A DNA stretch of 32,000 nt from Trichodesmium erythraeum IMS101 (lineage in GTDB: Bacteria > Cyanobacteriota > Cyanobacteriia > Cyanobacteriales > Microcoleaceae): the NCBI RefSeq assembly GCF_000014265.1, contig NC_008312.1:1740001-1772000 (forward strand). Direction: 5' to 3'. The stretch's first letter is position 1, and each line of letters opens with the position of its first letter. Below are positions 30,918 to 32,000 of this stretch, piece by piece. The notes under the pieces are model-generated. The model was not told where the DNA came from. It made no database searches and worked only from the letters and a program-made list of their open reading frames with translations. The translations under genes were made by a program, and so were the position numbers.

Positions 30918-30952
30918 TAATATTACTAATATTACTAATATTACTAATATTA
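30918..30952. repeat. Tandem 9-bp repeat TAATATTAC, about 3.9 copies
   Basis: There are copies at 30918-30926, 30927-30935 and 30936-30944, plus a partial copy at 30945-30952. Read directly from the sequence. Confidence 0.9.
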
Positions 30953-31235
30953 GACAATGCAAGTTTTCACAAATCTTCAAAAATATCGAAATAGAATTAG
31001 TCGGGACGTTTTTATGCAACGTCCGTAGATTAAATATTTACTACTATATTCTCCTGAGTTAAATAAAATCAAAAATTATTGGTTTTCAATTAAAAATTGA
31101 GTCATAAAGTCAGAAGGAAGAATAGAATATTTTTGTATGGAGAGTTGATTCTGCTGCTATTGTTAATATCCTAAACTTTGCTTCGATTTCTATACAAACT
31201 CATTCAAAAGAAAATTACTTAATAGTCAAATCAAT

Positions 31236-32000
31236 ATGTTTAAGAAAATAATTTGGGGCATAATTAGTGGAACTGTTTGGGGGGTAGTATTTTGTGCTGT
31301 TTTAGCTGGTCTATTTATCGGAATTAATCAAAATTTACTCACTATTGTAAGTTCATTATTAATGGGTATTTTGTGGTGTACAATCATCAGCCTAATTTGG
31401 AAATCATTAATGGGTAAAAATGATGAATCTAACAAAAATTATATAATAGCAGGAATTATTGGTGGTTTTTTTCTCGGCAGTGCTATTGGAGGCTTGATGT
31501 TAGCAATATTAAATCGGGATGCTAATTTTGGTAATACTTATATATTAGGAGCATTTTTGGGAGGAAGTTTTGGTTTTGTTTGGAGTTTGTTTAAACCTCC
31601 TATGTTTTTGGGAGGTGTGAGAATTTGGGGTAAGTATGGAGCAATTTTAGGTGCAATTTGGGGGTCATTTTTCGGTACAATTATAGGTATCGTTGCCACA
31701 CTTTACTTGTTGTTTTCGAGTCAAGGAAATATTGATGCTAGTACTAGTAACTTACCTCAATTATTACTAGCTGTTTTGATTTTTGGTAGTGGAAATGGTG
31801 CTATTGGTGGAATTATATCAGGAATTATATTCGGCGGATTAATTAGGGCTTATCCTTTGCCTTTAGCATTAGAATTAATTGGGATAAGAGGTGCAATTGT
31901 TGGAGCAATTTGGGGTTCTTTTTTGATGGCGATCGCTTTAGGAATTATTGGCGGGATTTCATCTATAGTTATTGGTGATGATTTGTTTTTAAATGTAATA
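31236..32000 (+). CDS. Partial glycine-rich multi-pass membrane protein (continues beyond the window)
   Basis: Absent from the track because there is no stop. The ATG at 31236 opens 255 codons to the window end: MFKKIIWGIISGTVWGVVFCAVLAGLFIGIN...GKYGAILGAIWGSFFGTIIGIV...IRGAIVGAIWGSFLMAIALGIIGG... It has recurrent GAIxGAIWGSFxG segments and small-xxx-small packing motifs. Confidence 0.7.
   Translation, partial: MFKKIIWGIISGTVWGVVFCAVLAGLFIGINQNLLTIVSSLLMGILWCTIISLIWKSLMGKNDESNKNYIIAGIIGGFFLGSAIGGLMLAILNRDANFGNTYILGAFLGGSFGFVWSLFKPPMFLGGVRIWGKYGAILGAIWGSFFGTIIGIVATLYLLFSSQGNIDASTSNLPQLLLAVLIFGSGNGAIGGIISGIIFGGLIRAYPLPLALELIGIRGAIVGAIWGSFLMAIALGIIGGISSIVIGDDLFLNVI

Noticed and set aside
30825-31062. 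Overlapping opposite-strand ORFs 30825..31019 and 30880..31062.
   Set aside because: Both are kept open by the 9-bp tandem repeat (ILVILVILV / ITNITNITN), which makes them artefactual.
1-32000. CRISPR arrays, tRNA/rRNA/tmRNA genes, toxin-antitoxin pairs, retron/DGR-type RT systems, or an intact novel defence-like operon.
   Set aside because: I saw no regularly spaced 25-40 nt repeats and no T-arm or anticodon-arm-like cloverleaf candidates. The only RT is the canonical group II intron protein. No cluster of two or more intact uncharacterised genes exists in the window. By-eye scanning cannot exclude small structured RNAs.

Overview
Visibly AT-rich cyanobacterial chromosomal DNA. The palindrome GCGATCGC (HIP1) occurs 12 times (1540, 2820, 5884, 11742, 14390, ~16849, ~26007, ~26049, ~26860, ~28983, ~29958, ~31931). 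About 14 apparently intact genes lie in long ORF-free, very AT-rich stretches and relics of dead genes. The intact genes are tldD, a MoeB/ThiF-rhodanese E1-like enzyme, a JAMM/MPN+ protease, a zinc-ribbon-FHA protein, class I CPD photolyase, ppk1, an AMIN-domain protein, a DUF3172-like protein, clpS, a CPBP/CAAX protease, a NUDIX hydrolase, one conserved hypothetical, and two partial ORFs at the window edges that are missing from the supplied track. By my coordinates only about 12.4 kb of 32 kb (~39%) is intact coding sequence. The relics are at least six transposase pseudogenes (IS630 x2, IS4-like, IS5-like, IS66-like, and another DDE type), a histidine-kinase relic and a 5'-truncated gene of unknown family. 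The clearest mobile element is a ~2.5 kb group II intron (21145..23672, minus strand). It has a canonical 5' GUGCG, domain V and domain VI, but its RT/maturase/HNH ORF is split by a 1-nt frameshift. It sits about 130 nt upstream of, and co-oriented with, the DUF3172-like gene. I found no CRISPR array, tRNA or rRNA, and no convincing intact multi-gene system of a novel kind. The items most worth follow-up are the carrier-less MoeB/JAMM pair, the intron and its hairpin-adjacent insertion site, a short dispersed repeat family, an orphan strong terminator, the truncated unknown gene, and the scale of genome erosion, which fits a host-restricted or symbiotic filamentous cyanobacterium (inference only).
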